Assembly: GCA_044226625.1 (NCBI GenBank)
Contig: JBGAGQ010000004.1
Coordinates: forward strand, 128,001 to 192,000
Reading direction: 5' to 3'
Source of the DNA: Thermoanaerobaculia bacterium
Lineage (GTDB): Bacteria > Acidobacteriota > Thermoanaerobaculia > Multivoradales > UBA5704
DNA: 64,000 nt
The translations under genes were made by a program, and so were the position numbers. Numbering within the stretch: position 1 is the stretch's first letter; the number at the start of each line of letters is the position of its first letter. The notes beneath the pieces were generated by a model. It was not told the origin of the DNA, did no database searches, and worked only from the letters and a program-made list of their open reading frames with translations. Below, piece after piece: positions 31,545 through 41,596 of the stretch.

Positions 31545-32155
31545 GGCCGTCTCAACAGATCGAGGAACTCTTCGCGTACGGGCTTCTGGTGGAAGATCCC
31601 GCGCAGCGCCGAGGTCACCGTCTCGGTCCCAGGTTTCTTGACCCCTCGCATCTCGACGCACAGGTGGCGCGCCTCGATCACCACCATCGCCCCCTGCGGC
31701 TTCAGCTGCTCGTCGAGATAGGAGACTACCTGCTCGGTCAGCCGTTCCTGCAGCTGGGGCCGCTTGGCGTAGAACTCGAGGATGCGGGAAAACTTCGACA
31801 GCCCGATGATCCGGTCGTTGGGAATGTAGGCGATGTGGGCGTGGCCATAGAAAGGCACCAGATGGTGGGCGCACATCGAGTAGAACGGGATGTTCTTCTC
31901 CATCACCATGTGGCTGTAGTTCTCTTCGTTCGGAAACGTGGTGATCGCCGGCTCGGCTCCCTCGGAAAGGCCATGGAACATCTCGATGTACATCTTCGCC
32001 ACCCGGCGATCGGTCTCGAGGAGGTTCGGATCGGAAAGGTCGAGGCCCAGGGCGGACAAAATGCCCCGAACGTGGTGAGCGACCGTCGCGACCTTCTTCT
32101 GATCGGCATCCGAGATCCCCGCGATCGGTTCGAGAAGGTCGATGTCGTGATTCAT
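31541..32155 (-). CDS. folE: GTP cyclohydrolase I
   Basis: SMCAHHLVPFYG, IGLSK, RPQLQERLT, ARHLCVEMRG. Confidence 0.95.
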   Translation of the reverse strand: MNHDIDLLEPIAGISDADQKKVATVAHHVRGILSALGLDLSDPNLLETDRRVAKMYIEMFHGLSEGAEPAITTFPNEENYSHMVMEKNIPFYSMCAHHLVPFYGHAHIAYIPNDRIIGLSKFSRILEFYAKRPQLQERLTEQVVSYLDEQLKPQGAMVVIEARHLCVEMRGVKKPGTETVTSALRGIFHQKPVREEFLDLLRRP

Positions 32156-32314
32156 GTGCGCTCCTTTCCCGCGCGAAAACGCAGAGACTATCCCATGCAT
32201 TCCTGAACCGCGGACCGAGGGAGATGGAGTAGGCTTACCGCCACCGCCCCCGAGCGGCGGACTCTGCCCCGAAAGCCCGCCCAAGGCGGGCCCCGCACGA
32301 GAAGGAGCCCCACG

Positions 32315-32974
32315 TTGGACGCCAAGACCTTCGTCACCCAACTGCTTTCCGAAATGGACGAGCTGTTTTCTCGCCTCGGCGAAACCGAGACCTTGGAAGC
32401 CGAAGCCGGCGGTAAGGTGGACGTCGTCACCCTGCTCAAGCTCGCCTTGAAGAGCGAGCTCGAGGCGAGCGAGCTCGCCGGCTTCTGGATGACCTCGACC
32501 CCCGAAGTCGAAGCCAAGATGATCCTCGCGCTGCAGTGCGGCGACGAGATGAAGCACTACGGCATGATCGTCGAGCGCCTCGCCCAGATCGGCGAGGACG
32601 CTTCGAAGTTCGACCCGCTCGCCGAAGGGCACAGCCCCCTCTATCAATACCTCCGAGGCCTCAAGACGACCGTCGAGCGGATCGCCGCCGGACCGTTCGC
32701 TTCGGAGGCGATCGCCAAGGTGCGCAACGCCCAATTCGTGAACTATTGCCGATCCGTGGGCGACCACGGCACGGCGGACCTCTACGACCGGACGATCCAA
32801 CCCGAAGAGGTCCATCATTACGACCTCGGACGGCAGTACCTCGAAAAGCACGCGACCACGCCGGAGAACCAGGAGCTGATCTCAGCCGCCGTCCGCAACA
32901 CCCTTGCGATCGCCGACGAGCTTTCCAACCTGGCCGCGAAGACGACCGGCGTCCATACGATCCCCGTCTCCTGA
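32315..32974 (+). CDS. Ferritin-like (di-iron carboxylate) domain protein
   Basis: TTG start after GAAGGAG; E...DEMKH...E...EEVHH ligand pattern. Confidence 0.8.
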   Translation: MDAKTFVTQLLSEMDELFSRLGETETLEAEAGGKVDVVTLLKLALKSELEASELAGFWMTSTPEVEAKMILALQCGDEMKHYGMIVERLAQIGEDASKFDPLAEGHSPLYQYLRGLKTTVERIAAGPFASEAIAKVRNAQFVNYCRSVGDHGTADLYDRTIQPEEVHHYDLGRQYLEKHATTPENQELISAAVRNTLAIADELSNLAAKTTGVHTIPVS

Positions 32975-33031
32975 TCTCGCAGCCACTCTCCCCGCTATCG
33001 AGCGACCCGCCCCGAACGACCCGAGGACGCT

Positions 33032-33907
33032 ATGACCGAAATCTCCACCCTCGCCGTGCTCGGCGCCGGCACGATGGGCCGCGGCATCGCCCACGTCTCG
33101 GCGTTGGCCGGCTATCGCACCCGACTGTTCGACGTCTCCCGGTCGATGCTCGACCAGGGTCAGGCGACGATCCACAAGAACCTGGACAAAGGGGTCTCGC
33201 TGGGCAAAGTGGCGGCCGACGCTGCGGCAACCGCCAAGGCGGGCCTCACGCTTCACGTCGATCTCGCCGAGGCGGTAACGGACGCCGATCTCGTGATCGA
33301 GGCGATCCCCGAGCGGATGGGGCTCAAGATCGAGACCTTCGGCGCGGTCGCCCAAGCGGCCCCGGCCCACGCGCTCTTCGCCTCGAACACCTCGGCCCTT
33401 TCGATCACCGAGATGGCCGCCGCCTCCGGCCGCCCCGACCGCTTCGCCGGCATGCATTTCTTCAACCCGGTCCACGTAATGAAGCTGCTCGAGCTGGTCC
33501 GCGGCCTCGAAACTTCGGAGGAGACGCTCGCGGCGATGCGCACGGTAGGCGAACGCATGGGGAAAGAGGTCGTCCTGGTCCGCGAGGCCCCCGGCTTCGT
33601 CACCACGCGCATTAACGCGATGATCGGCAACGAGGCGTTCCGAATGCTCGAGGAGGGGGTGGCGAGCGCCGCCGACATCGACCGGGCGCTCAAGCTGGGC
33701 CTGAACCATCCGATGGGACCGTTCGAGCTCGGCGATTTAGTGGGCCTCGACGTGCGCCTGTCGATCCTCGAGTTCCTCCACCAATCGCTCGGCGAGCGCT
33801 ACCGGCCGAACAACCTGCTGGTCCAACACGTCCGCGCCGGGCGGCTCGGGCGGAAGAGCGGTCGCGGCGTCTACGAATACGACGCCGAAGGCAAGAAGAA
33901 GGAGTAA
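33032..33907 (+). CDS. 3-hydroxyacyl-CoA (3-hydroxybutyryl-CoA) dehydrogenase
   Basis: [41 protein letters not shown]. Confidence 0.93.
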   Translation: MTEISTLAVLGAGTMGRGIAHVSALAGYRTRLFDVSRSMLDQGQATIHKNLDKGVSLGKVAADAAATAKAGLTLHVDLAEAVTDADLVIEAIPERMGLKIETFGAVAQAAPAHALFASNTSALSITEMAAASGRPDRFAGMHFFNPVHVMKLLELVRGLETSEETLAAMRTVGERMGKEVVLVREAPGFVTTRINAMIGNEAFRMLEEGVASAADIDRALKLGLNHPMGPFELGDLVGLDVRLSILEFLHQSLGERYRPNNLLVQHVRAGRLGRKSGRGVYEYDAEGKKKE

Positions 33908-33909
33908 CG

Positions 33910-34695
33910 ATGGGCCAATCGCTCGCGGGCAAGGTCGCGCTGGTCACCGGAGGCTCCTCGGGGCTCGGCCTCGCGACGGCGCGGGCGCTCGGCGCCGAGG
34001 GCGCGCGAGTCGCCATCGCGAGCCGCGGGGGCGACAAGTTGGAACGGGCGCTCGAGTCGCTCACCACGGCCGGAATCGAGGCGATCGCCGTCCCGGTCGA
34101 CGTGCGGGAACGGGAGTCGATCGACAATCTGACCTCGGAGGTCGCGTTGCGCCTCGGCCCCATCGACGTCCTGATCGCCAACGGCGGCGGTCCGACCTCG
34201 AAGCCCGCCGTCGACTTGACCGACGAGGATTGGGAGCAGGCGATTCCGCTCGTTCTGCTGTTCGTGCCACGTCTGGTCAATCGGGTGCTGCCGGGGATGC
34301 GCGAAAGGCAGTGGGGCCGGATCGTCGCAATCAACTCGGTCTCCGCCCGCCAGCCGATCCCCAACCTCGCGCTCTCGAACGCGCTGCGCCCGGCGGTCCT
34401 CGGCTATCTCAAGACCCTCTCCCAGGAAGTCGCGGTCGACGGCGTTACGGTCAACGCCGTGCTGCCGGGCTACACCCTCACCGAGCGCCAAGAGGAGCTC
34501 TCGCGTGCCGCTTCGGCACGTACCGGCAAACCGGTCGAAGAGGTCATCGCCGGCTGGATCGCCAATACCCCCGCGGGCCGGATGGGCGAACCGAAAGAGC
34601 TCGCGGCGGCGGTCGCCTTCCTCTGCTCCCCCGCGGCGTCCTACGTCACCGGCCAGGCGCTCGCGGTCGACGGCGGATACGTGCGCGGCCTATAG
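33910..34695 (+). CDS. SDR-family oxidoreductase
   Basis: TGGSSGLG, 'ANGGGP', atypical 'SNALR' active-site segment, '[11 protein letters not shown]'. Confidence 0.9.
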   Translation: MGQSLAGKVALVTGGSSGLGLATARALGAEGARVAIASRGGDKLERALESLTTAGIEAIAVPVDVRERESIDNLTSEVALRLGPIDVLIANGGGPTSKPAVDLTDEDWEQAIPLVLLFVPRLVNRVLPGMRERQWGRIVAINSVSARQPIPNLALSNALRPAVLGYLKTLSQEVAVDGVTVNAVLPGYTLTERQEELSRAASARTGKPVEEVIAGWIANTPAGRMGEPKELAAAVAFLCSPAASYVTGQALAVDGGYVRGL

Positions 34696-34799
34696 ACCTC
34701 TTGACATCTGAAGAGAGGTAGAGCCTAGGAAGCGCGCAGTCGGCTCCTGGCGCGCCCCTCGCTCACCTCATCGCCGATCGGCTAGACTCCCGCCTCGCC

Positions 34800-35891
34800 A
34801 TGGCGACCGCATATCGATTCCCCGATTTCTCCCGCGACCCGTTCGCGAACGCCCCCGAGGCGCAGTTCGCGCCGATCCCGGCCGACGGCATCCTGCCCGA
34901 CGGCTTCTTCTCCACCTCGAACCTGCCCACCTACGTGAAAGTCGGCGGCACCTGGAAGCTGCCGAGCCGGCCGCGCATGGACTGCGTGATCGTCCGCCGC
35001 GGCGAGGAGGTGGAGGTCATCGAGCCGCGCCGCCTCAAGGCGGGCGAGCTGATCGCGATGGGGCTCGAAGAGGACGGCACAGCGGGGATCTTCGTCCATA
35101 CCGAGGGATTCCTCGCCGGCGCCCACGGCGCGAACGAGTTCCGTTTCATGTCGACCGAGGTGAGCCGCGAGCGCCCGGTCAACTACGAGGAGCTCGCCGA
35201 GCGGCTGGACGACGAGCGGAGGAAGGGGGGCTATCTCGTCTGGGTCGCCGGCCCGGCCTTCGTGCACTCCCGCGCCCGCGGCGATTTCGAATGGTTCATC
35301 CGCAACGGCTACGTCCACTGCTTCCTCGCGGGCAACGCCGTGGCCGTCCACGACATCGAGGCGGCGATGTTCGGCACCACGCTCGGCATGGACAATCTCG
35401 GCCATCCCGCCGAAGGGGGCCACGGCCTGCACATGCGGGCGATCAACGCGGTCCGCGCTTCGGGCTCGATCGAAAAGGCGGTCGAAGAGGGAAAGATCCA
35501 GTCGGGGATCATCCACACGTTGGTCGAGTGCGGCGTCCCCTACGTGCTCGCCGGCTCGATCCGCGACGACGGACCGTTGCCCGGAGTCCTCTCCGACTCA
35601 CTCGCCGCCCAGGACGCGATGCGCGAGCAGACCGCCCGGGCGACCGGCGCGATCTTCGTCGCGACGGCCCTCCACGCGATCGCGGTCGGCAACATGCTGC
35701 CGGCGTACCACACGCATTACGACGGCGTGCCCACCGACCTGATGACCATCTGCGTCGATCAGACGGAGTTCGTGGTCAACAAGCTCAAGGATCGGGGAAC
35801 CCACCAGGCCTACGGCGTCGTCACGAACGCCCAGGACTTCATGCACGTCCTGCGGTTCTACTGCGAGCGGCGGCTGGAAAAGCAGGCCTAA
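34800..35891 (+). CDS. LOR/SDH-conserved-region (TIGR00300-like) protein, putative non-canonical ornithine cyclodeaminase
   Basis: 'PDGFFSTSN', 'RMDC', 'FRFMSTEVSRE', 'AGNAVAVHDIE', 'LAGSIRDDGPLP', 'HAIAVGNMLP', 'KLKDRG'. Confidence 0.8.
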   Translation: MATAYRFPDFSRDPFANAPEAQFAPIPADGILPDGFFSTSNLPTYVKVGGTWKLPSRPRMDCVIVRRGEEVEVIEPRRLKAGELIAMGLEEDGTAGIFVHTEGFLAGAHGANEFRFMSTEVSRERPVNYEELAERLDDERRKGGYLVWVAGPAFVHSRARGDFEWFIRNGYVHCFLAGNAVAVHDIEAAMFGTTLGMDNLGHPAEGGHGLHMRAINAVRASGSIEKAVEEGKIQSGIIHTLVECGVPYVLAGSIRDDGPLPGVLSDSLAAQDAMREQTARATGAIFVATALHAIAVGNMLPAYHTHYDGVPTDLMTICVDQTEFVVNKLKDRGTHQAYGVVTNAQDFMHVLRFYCERRLEKQA

Positions 35892-35904
35892 GCCGCACCC
35901 TCGG

Positions 35905-35945
35905 CCCCCACCTCGGTCCTTCCCCGCACGCGGGGGAGGAAGGAC
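35905..35945. repeat. REP-like hairpin between convergent genes
   Basis: CCCCCACCTCG-GTCCTTCCCCGC-AC-GCGGGGGAGGAAGGAC imperfect palindrome. Confidence 0.4.
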
Positions 35946-35991
35946 TCGAGGCCGGCGGGTTCGATTTCGGATGAGGGGATGCGAGGACAGT

Positions 35992-37137
35992 CTAAGCCTG
36001 GGCGAGGGAGCGGATCCCCCGTTCCAGGCGTCTGACCAGCTCCGGGATCGCGTCGACGGCGACGGAGCAATGGGCGATCCGGAGTAGGCGCGGCTCGATC
36101 GAGATGAGGCCGACGCTTTCGGCCTCGATCAGGTGACGGCGTACCCGGTCGGAATCGAGCCCCAGCGCCTCGGGAACCTCGACCAACGCGAAGCAGCCCG
36201 AATTGAAGGGGTGGGTCCGGACGAGCTTCGGATCGACCAGCGCGAGCGCGTCGCGGAGCGCCAGGTACCGCGCCTCGAGAACGCTTCGGACCGCCTCGAT
36301 CCGCTCTTCGATCCGGGGGTCGCGGAGACCTTGGAGCAGGACCGTTTGGCTGATCGCGCTGGGAGCCCCCGCACCCGCGCGGACGTAGCGAACGAGGCTC
36401 GCCTCGCGGGTCGAGGCCGGCTCGCTTCCCGGCTCTTCGGCGAACGTGAGGAAGCCGATCCGGCCGCCGAAAAAGCTGAGCTCCTTCGTGGCGCCGTCGA
36501 TCTTCACGGGCAGCAGGTTCGGCGCCTCGGCCCGACGTGCCACGAGATCCCAGAACAAGGAGCCGCGCGGAATCTCCGCTTCGAAGACCAGCCCGGCGTA
36601 GGCGTCGTCCAGAACCACGACCAAGGGCCGGCTCGGCGCCTCCGCAGCCACCCCGAGCAGCAATTCGATGAGCCGGAACCGCTCCTCCGGGGTCGGAGAA
36701 TACCCTCCCGGATTCGAGGGGAAGTTGAGGATCGCGATCGCGGTCCGATCCCGAGGGAGCGTCGCGATCGCCCGGCCGATCGACTCCGGATCGAACCGTC
36801 CGTCGACGAAGCTGGGCGCCGGCACGATCCGCGCACCGCGGCGGACGCCAAACGCCTGACGGTAGTTGCCCCAATAGGGATCGGGGACGACGACCGGCGT
36901 CCCCTCCGTCACGAACAGGTCGGCCACGAGGGCGAGCCCGTGCGAGAGCCCGGAGACCGCGAACGGCAGGCTCGACGGCAAATCGGACGGAAAGTGCGAA
37001 GGAAGGCCGCGCCGCTGGCGGGCCCGCCAGAGCGCTCGCACTTCCGGTAGGCCGCCGAGCGGGGAGCAGGCGGCGAGCGAGGTTCGATCGTCCACGGCGA
37101 CACCGCGGAGCAGAGAACCGGTCGGCAAGAAGGACAT
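35992..37137 (-). CDS. Class I/II PLP-dependent aminotransferase
   Basis: 'NFPSNPGGYS', 'DDAY', 'KIDGATKE' (PLP lysine), 'GGRIGF'. ATG 37137 lies 7 nt after a TATACT box. Confidence 0.85.
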   Translation of the reverse strand: MSFLPTGSLLRGVAVDDRTSLAACSPLGGLPEVRALWRARQRRGLPSHFPSDLPSSLPFAVSGLSHGLALVADLFVTEGTPVVVPDPYWGNYRQAFGVRRGARIVPAPSFVDGRFDPESIGRAIATLPRDRTAIAILNFPSNPGGYSPTPEERFRLIELLLGVAAEAPSRPLVVVLDDAYAGLVFEAEIPRGSLFWDLVARRAEAPNLLPVKIDGATKELSFFGGRIGFLTFAEEPGSEPASTREASLVRYVRAGAGAPSAISQTVLLQGLRDPRIEERIEAVRSVLEARYLALRDALALVDPKLVRTHPFNSGCFALVEVPEALGLDSDRVRRHLIEAESVGLISIEPRLLRIAHCSVAVDAIPELVRRLERGIRSLAQA

Positions 37138-37196
37138 CAGCCGCAGTATACGGGTCCTGGCGCGACGGTTTCGGTTCGGGTAAGGTGCCCGCGCCG

Positions 37197-39038
37197 ATGT
37201 CCGCCCCGATCCGTCACACCCTTCGGTTCGCCGCGCCGGAGAGCCACTACCTCGAGGTCGAATCGAGCTTTCCCGCCTCAGCCGGCCCGGAAGCCGATCC
37301 GGAAGCCGGTCTCGAGCTCTTGATGGCGGTCTGGACACCCGGTTCCTACCTGATCCGCGAGTACTCGCGGCATCTCGAGTCGATCTCCGCCACGGCCGAG
37401 GACGGCGGCCCCCGCGCGATCGCCAAGACGCGAAAGAATCGTTGGCGGATCGCTCCGCGCGGGGCCGAACGGATCGTCGTCCGCTATCGCCTCTACGCGC
37501 ACGAGCTGACCGTCCGGACCAATTTCGTCGAGGCGGACTTCGCCCTGCTCCTGGGTGCCGCGACGTTTCTCGTTCCGATCGACGGCCACCATCTCGCCGC
37601 CGAGGTGCGCGTCGAGCGCCCCGCCACCTGGGCGGTCGCGCTCTCCCCGCTCCCGCGGGTCACCGACGGCGACGTCTTCCTCGCGCGCGACTACGATCAT
37701 CTGGTCGATTCGCCCTTCTACGCCGGCAATGCCCCGGTCCACCGCTTCGAGGTGGCAGGCCGCGAGCACCTCCTGGTCACCGAAGGGGCCGACGCGCGGT
37801 GGGACGGCGAGCGCGCCGCCCGCGACGCCGCGCACCTGGTCGCGACCGAAGCGGCGTTCTGGGGGGGCCTACCCTACGAGCGCTACGTCGTGATCAACGT
37901 GCTCGCCGAATCGACCGGCGGCCTGGAGCACGCCGATTCGACCGTGCTGATGGCAAACCGTCTCGCGGTGCGCCGTCCGGATGGCTATCGCGATTGGCTC
38001 GGCCTGGTCGCCCACGAGCTGTTCCACGCCTGGCACGTCAAACGCCTGCGGCCCGCGGAGTTCGAGCGCCTCGACTACGAAGCCGAGGTCTACACGCCGA
38101 GCCTCTGGGCGGTCGAGGGGGTCACCAGCTACTACGAGGAGATCCTGCTCGCGCGCGCCGGATTCACCGACCTCTCCGAGCTGCTCACTCAGCTGGGCAA
38201 AACGATCGACACCGTGGAAACCGGGGCCGGCCGCCTGGTGCAAGGACTCGACGCCGCGTCGTTCGACGCCTGGATCAAGTACTACCGGAAGGACGAGAAC
38301 TTCGCCAACTCGGGCGTCAGCTACTACACCCGGGGGCATCTCGTCGCCTTCCTGCTCGACGTGGAGATCCGCCGCGCGACGCGCGGCGCCCGCTCCCTCG
38401 ACGACGCGATGCGCGTCGCCTTCCGGCGATTTTCGGGCGAGCGCGGGTTTTCTCCCGAGGACCTGGCGAACACGCTGTCCGAGGTGGCCGGGCGGCCGCT
38501 CGACGGCTGGCTCGAACGGGCGCTCGCCCCCGGCGATCTCGATTATGACCCCGCGCTCGAGCTGCTGGGGCTCCGTTTCGCCTCGAGCCGGGGAGGCGCA
38601 GAGCGGAGCGACGCACCACGCGGGGCGGCCCTCGGCGTCGAGACCGACGACTCTTCCGGCCGGCTGTACGTGACCCACGTCGCGCGAGGCGGTCCGGCGT
38701 CCCGTGCCGGGGTGGCGCCGGGCGACGAGATCCTCGCGTTCGACGACGACCGCATTCCGCCCCAGGCCTTGGGCGACCGGCTACGCGACCATCGGCCGGG
38801 CGAAACGGTGTCGCTACTCGTCGCGCGGCGGGATCGGCTTCGGCGCCTACCGCTCGTTTTCGGTGAGCGCCCTCGCTCCCGAGGCGCTCTCGAGGTCGAT
38901 CCCGCGGCGACCCCCGAGCAACTCCGGCAGCTCGCCTCCTGGTGGAAAGGGGTTCCCCTGGGAGCCTCCGAGCGCGAATCGCCTGCCGCGCCGGAAGAGC
39001 CGCTCGCCCGCGGCGGGACGCGCCGAATCAGAACCTGA
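37197..39038 (+). CDS. M61 glycyl aminopeptidase with C-terminal PDZ domain
   Basis: WTPGSY, GGLEH, HELFHAW, EGVTSYY, SYYTRG, PDZ 'GGPASRAGVAPGDEI'. Confidence 0.92.
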   Translation: MSAPIRHTLRFAAPESHYLEVESSFPASAGPEADPEAGLELLMAVWTPGSYLIREYSRHLESISATAEDGGPRAIAKTRKNRWRIAPRGAERIVVRYRLYAHELTVRTNFVEADFALLLGAATFLVPIDGHHLAAEVRVERPATWAVALSPLPRVTDGDVFLARDYDHLVDSPFYAGNAPVHRFEVAGREHLLVTEGADARWDGERAARDAAHLVATEAAFWGGLPYERYVVINVLAESTGGLEHADSTVLMANRLAVRRPDGYRDWLGLVAHELFHAWHVKRLRPAEFERLDYEAEVYTPSLWAVEGVTSYYEEILLARAGFTDLSELLTQLGKTIDTVETGAGRLVQGLDAASFDAWIKYYRKDENFANSGVSYYTRGHLVAFLLDVEIRRATRGARSLDDAMRVAFRRFSGERGFSPEDLANTLSEVAGRPLDGWLERALAPGDLDYDPALELLGLRFASSRGGAERSDAPRGAALGVETDDSSGRLYVTHVARGGPASRAGVAPGDEILAFDDDRIPPQALGDRLRDHRPGETVSLLVARRDRLRRLPLVFGERPRSRGALEVDPAATPEQLRQLASWWKGVPLGASERESPAAPEEPLARGGTRRIRT

Positions 39039-39801
39039 AGCGATAGGAAGCAACGCGGCGGATTTCCGCCGGGTCGTCGAGCTCCACCGCGACGGCGCCC
39101 ACGTAACGCGGCTCCGGATCGAGATGGAGGTAGAACCAGCGCTCGGCCGCGTGGGTATCGCCGTTGAGCGCGAGCATCCGCGCCGGCTCGCCGGGCGCGA
39201 GCGTGACGTCGAAGGAGGAGAGCGCCACCGCAAGCCCCTCGCCCACCGCTTTCAGATAGGCCTCCTTGCGCGTCCAGGCGTTGAAGAACGCGATCTCCTT
39301 CTTTGCGCCTGGCACGCGGTGGAGCACCTCGCGCTCCGGGATCGAGAAAAAGCGCTCGCCGATCTCCTCGGCATCCGGCATCGGTTTCAGGAACTCGACG
39401 TCGACCCCGACCTCTCGGGAGTGGAGGAAGCCGACGAGCGCGAGCTCCTCCGAGTTGGAGAGGTTGAACTGCAGATCGGCGCCCGCGTGGCGCGCGGCGA
39501 GGAACGGCTTGCCACGAGGCCCGTAGTCGAAGCTGATCGCCTCGGGTGTGATACCCAGCTCGCGCCCGAGCAGGCGCCGGAGCGCTCCCCGGCCGACGGC
39601 GTAGCGCCTGCGATGCTGCTCGAAGCGGAAACGGGCGGCGCGCTCGCGCTCATCCGGGGAAAGAAGGGCCGAAAGCACCGCGACGACGTGAGGCGGTGGA
39701 TCGAGCGGAATCGTCCAGAGGCGCAGCTCGCCCCGCTCCAGAAGGGGCAGATCGCGCTCGCTGGCGAGGGGGAAATCGTCGGGGCGAAGCGGTCGCTCCA
39801 C
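39028..39801 (-). CDS. Sfp-type 4'-phosphopantetheinyl transferase
   Basis: 'GKP', 'FNLSNS', 'VGVDVE', 'WTRKEAYLKAVGEG'. Confidence 0.92.
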   Translation of the reverse strand: MERPLRPDDFPLASERDLPLLERGELRLWTIPLDPPPHVVAVLSALLSPDERERAARFRFEQHRRRYAVGRGALRRLLGRELGITPEAISFDYGPRGKPFLAARHAGADLQFNLSNSEELALVGFLHSREVGVDVEFLKPMPDAEEIGERFFSIPEREVLHRVPGAKKEIAFFNAWTRKEAYLKAVGEGLAVALSSFDVTLAPGEPARMLALNGDTHAAERWFYLHLDPEPRYVGAVAVELDDPAEIRRVASYRFRF

Positions 39802-39909
39802 CGAAAGGTCTCCTAGAGAAAGATCTCTCTTCGACGCCGCCGCTTCAAGGCGCAGCTCCGGTTTCCGCCCGCCGCGTCGGCGCGCGGTCTCCGGATGCCA
39901 GACGCCGCC

Positions 39910-40689
39910 TCACCGGGCGGCGACGGCGAGCTCGGCAAGGTCGCGCGCCAGGGAGTCCAGGATCAGCTCCTTGCCGCTGTGGATGAAGAAGTGATCCCCC
40001 GGCAGCATGCGCAGCCGGAACCTACTCCGCGTGAGGTCGTTCCAGGCTGCCAGATCCTCTTTCGTCACCTCGAGGTCGCCCAAGCCACCGAACGCCGAGA
40101 CCCCCATCTCGAGGGGCTCACCCGGCACGTATTCGTAGGTCTCATTGACCGCGAAATCGGCGCGCAGGATCGGCGTGAGCAGCTTCATCAGCTCGGCGTG
40201 CTGAAGGACCTCCTCCGGCGTGCCGTTCAGCTCCCGCAGCTTGTTCGAGAACTCGGGCTCTTCCAGATCGTGGATCGGTTCCTCGCGGCTCGGCACCTGC
40301 GGCCCGCGACGACCGGAGACGAAGAGGTGCAGCGGCTCGGGGCCGCCGCGCCGTCGCAGCTCACGCGTGAGTTCAAACGAAATCAGACCGCCCATGCTGT
40401 GCCCGAAAAAGGCGAACGGCAGGTCGAAATAGGGCGCGAGCGCGTCAGCGAGCGCCACGATCATCGGCTCGAGGCGATCGAACGGCTTGTCGCGCAGGCG
40501 TCCCTCTCGCCCCGGCAGCTGCACCGGGCAGACCTCGACCTCGGCCGATAAGGCACTCCCCCATCCGCGATAGGCGGAGGCCCCGCCCCCGGCGTACGGA
40601 AAACAGAACAGCCGCAGGCGCGCACGGGGATTCGGCTCGCGATAGGCGAGCCAGCGGTCCGGAGCGGACGCGGGGGAGGAGGCGATCAA
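39910..40689 (-). CDS. Type II thioesterase (GrsT-like)
   Basis: LFCFPYAGGGAS, QLPGRE, GHSMG, 'LRAD', GDHFF. Start approximate (TTG 40689). Confidence 0.9.
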   Translation of the reverse strand: MIASSPASAPDRWLAYREPNPRARLRLFCFPYAGGGASAYRGWGSALSAEVEVCPVQLPGREGRLRDKPFDRLEPMIVALADALAPYFDLPFAFFGHSMGGLISFELTRELRRRGGPEPLHLFVSGRRGPQVPSREEPIHDLEEPEFSNKLRELNGTPEEVLQHAELMKLLTPILRADFAVNETYEYVPGEPLEMGVSAFGGLGDLEVTKEDLAAWNDLTRSRFRLRMLPGDHFFIHSGKELILDSLARDLAELAVAAR

Positions 40690-40738
40690 AGGCGGAATCC
40701 GATCTGCGAGCCGGCGAGGAGCGAGCGCCGCGCGCGGG

Positions 40739-40972
40739 TCAGTTGGACTGGCGCTCCCGCTCCATCTCTTCCATCTTCTTGCGCAGAGAGAGCGGCCGCA
40801 TGTCGGTCCAGACTTCCTTGATGTAGTCCAGGCACTCCTGCTTCTGCCCTTCCTTGCCGACGGCGTTCCAACCGAGGGGCAGCTCACGATGGGCGGGCCA
40901 GATCGAGTACTGCTCCTCGTGATTCATGACGACCTTGTAGATCGTGGTGTCTTCGCGTTCTTCCCAACTCAT
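40739..40972 (-). CDS. mbtH: MbtH-like NRPS accessory protein
   Basis: [10 protein letters not shown]...P.GW...[16 protein letters not shown] with the three conserved Trp; GAGGAG RBS. Confidence 0.95.
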   Translation of the reverse strand: MSWEEREDTTIYKVVMNHEEQYSIWPAHRELPLGWNAVGKEGQKQECLDYIKEVWTDMRPLSLRKKMEEMERERQSN

Positions 40973-41188
40973 CGTGAAATCTCCTCGAACGGTTCCTGAT
41001 GCGCGGTCCGTACCGGCACCCTATTAGAGTGTCGAGATCCGTCAGGACGTGACACTTTAGGGCAGTCTAACGCAAGGCCTGGGGTCGCGACCTCCACGGC
41101 CGGGAGGCGGGCCGCTTTCGCGAAGGGAGACCCGGCAAGAAACGACCGGCGGGAAATTTTCGGGACCGCAGCACGGGTTTCCCGCGGG

Positions 41189-41596
41189 GTGAGCCCACCC
41201 GCCCCGCCGCTTCGACCTTGCCGCCGCCAGAACTGCGTCTCGAGCCAAGAGACGCGCGAAGAGTATCGGATCGAGCCGCTCGGCTTCGCCGCCGATCCCG
41301 ATCGCGCCTGGGAGGTGCTTCTGGACCTGCTGCGCGGCTGGCCGCGCACGACGATCCTGGAAGAGGGTCCCGGCCGAGCGCGAGCCCGATTCCGCTCGCT
41401 CCTTTTTCGCTTCCCCGATTTCGCCGATTTCGTGCTCGACCGAGAGGGACACCAGGTCCATTTCCGCTCGGCGTCTCGCTACGGACGGCGCGACTTCGGC
41501 GTCAACCGCCGCCGGATGGAGGCTCTTCGCGAGGCGTTCGCAACCGCCCTGTCCGGCGATCTCTCCACCAGCTCCTCCGTCGACCGATATCGATGA
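41189..41596 (+). CDS. DUF1499 family protein
   Basis: 'PC...NCVSSQ', 'F.D', 'RSASRYGRRDFGVNRRR'. Confidence 0.85.
   Translation: MSPPAPPLRPCRRQNCVSSQETREEYRIEPLGFAADPDRAWEVLLDLLRGWPRTTILEEGPGRARARFRSLLFRFPDFADFVLDREGHQVHFRSASRYGRRDFGVNRRRMEALREAFATALSGDLSTSSSVDRYR

Noticed and set aside
34701-34730. Perfect TTGACA -35 hexamer
   Set aside because: No credible -10 at 16-18 nt spacing; a better -10 (TAGACT) lies at 34783.
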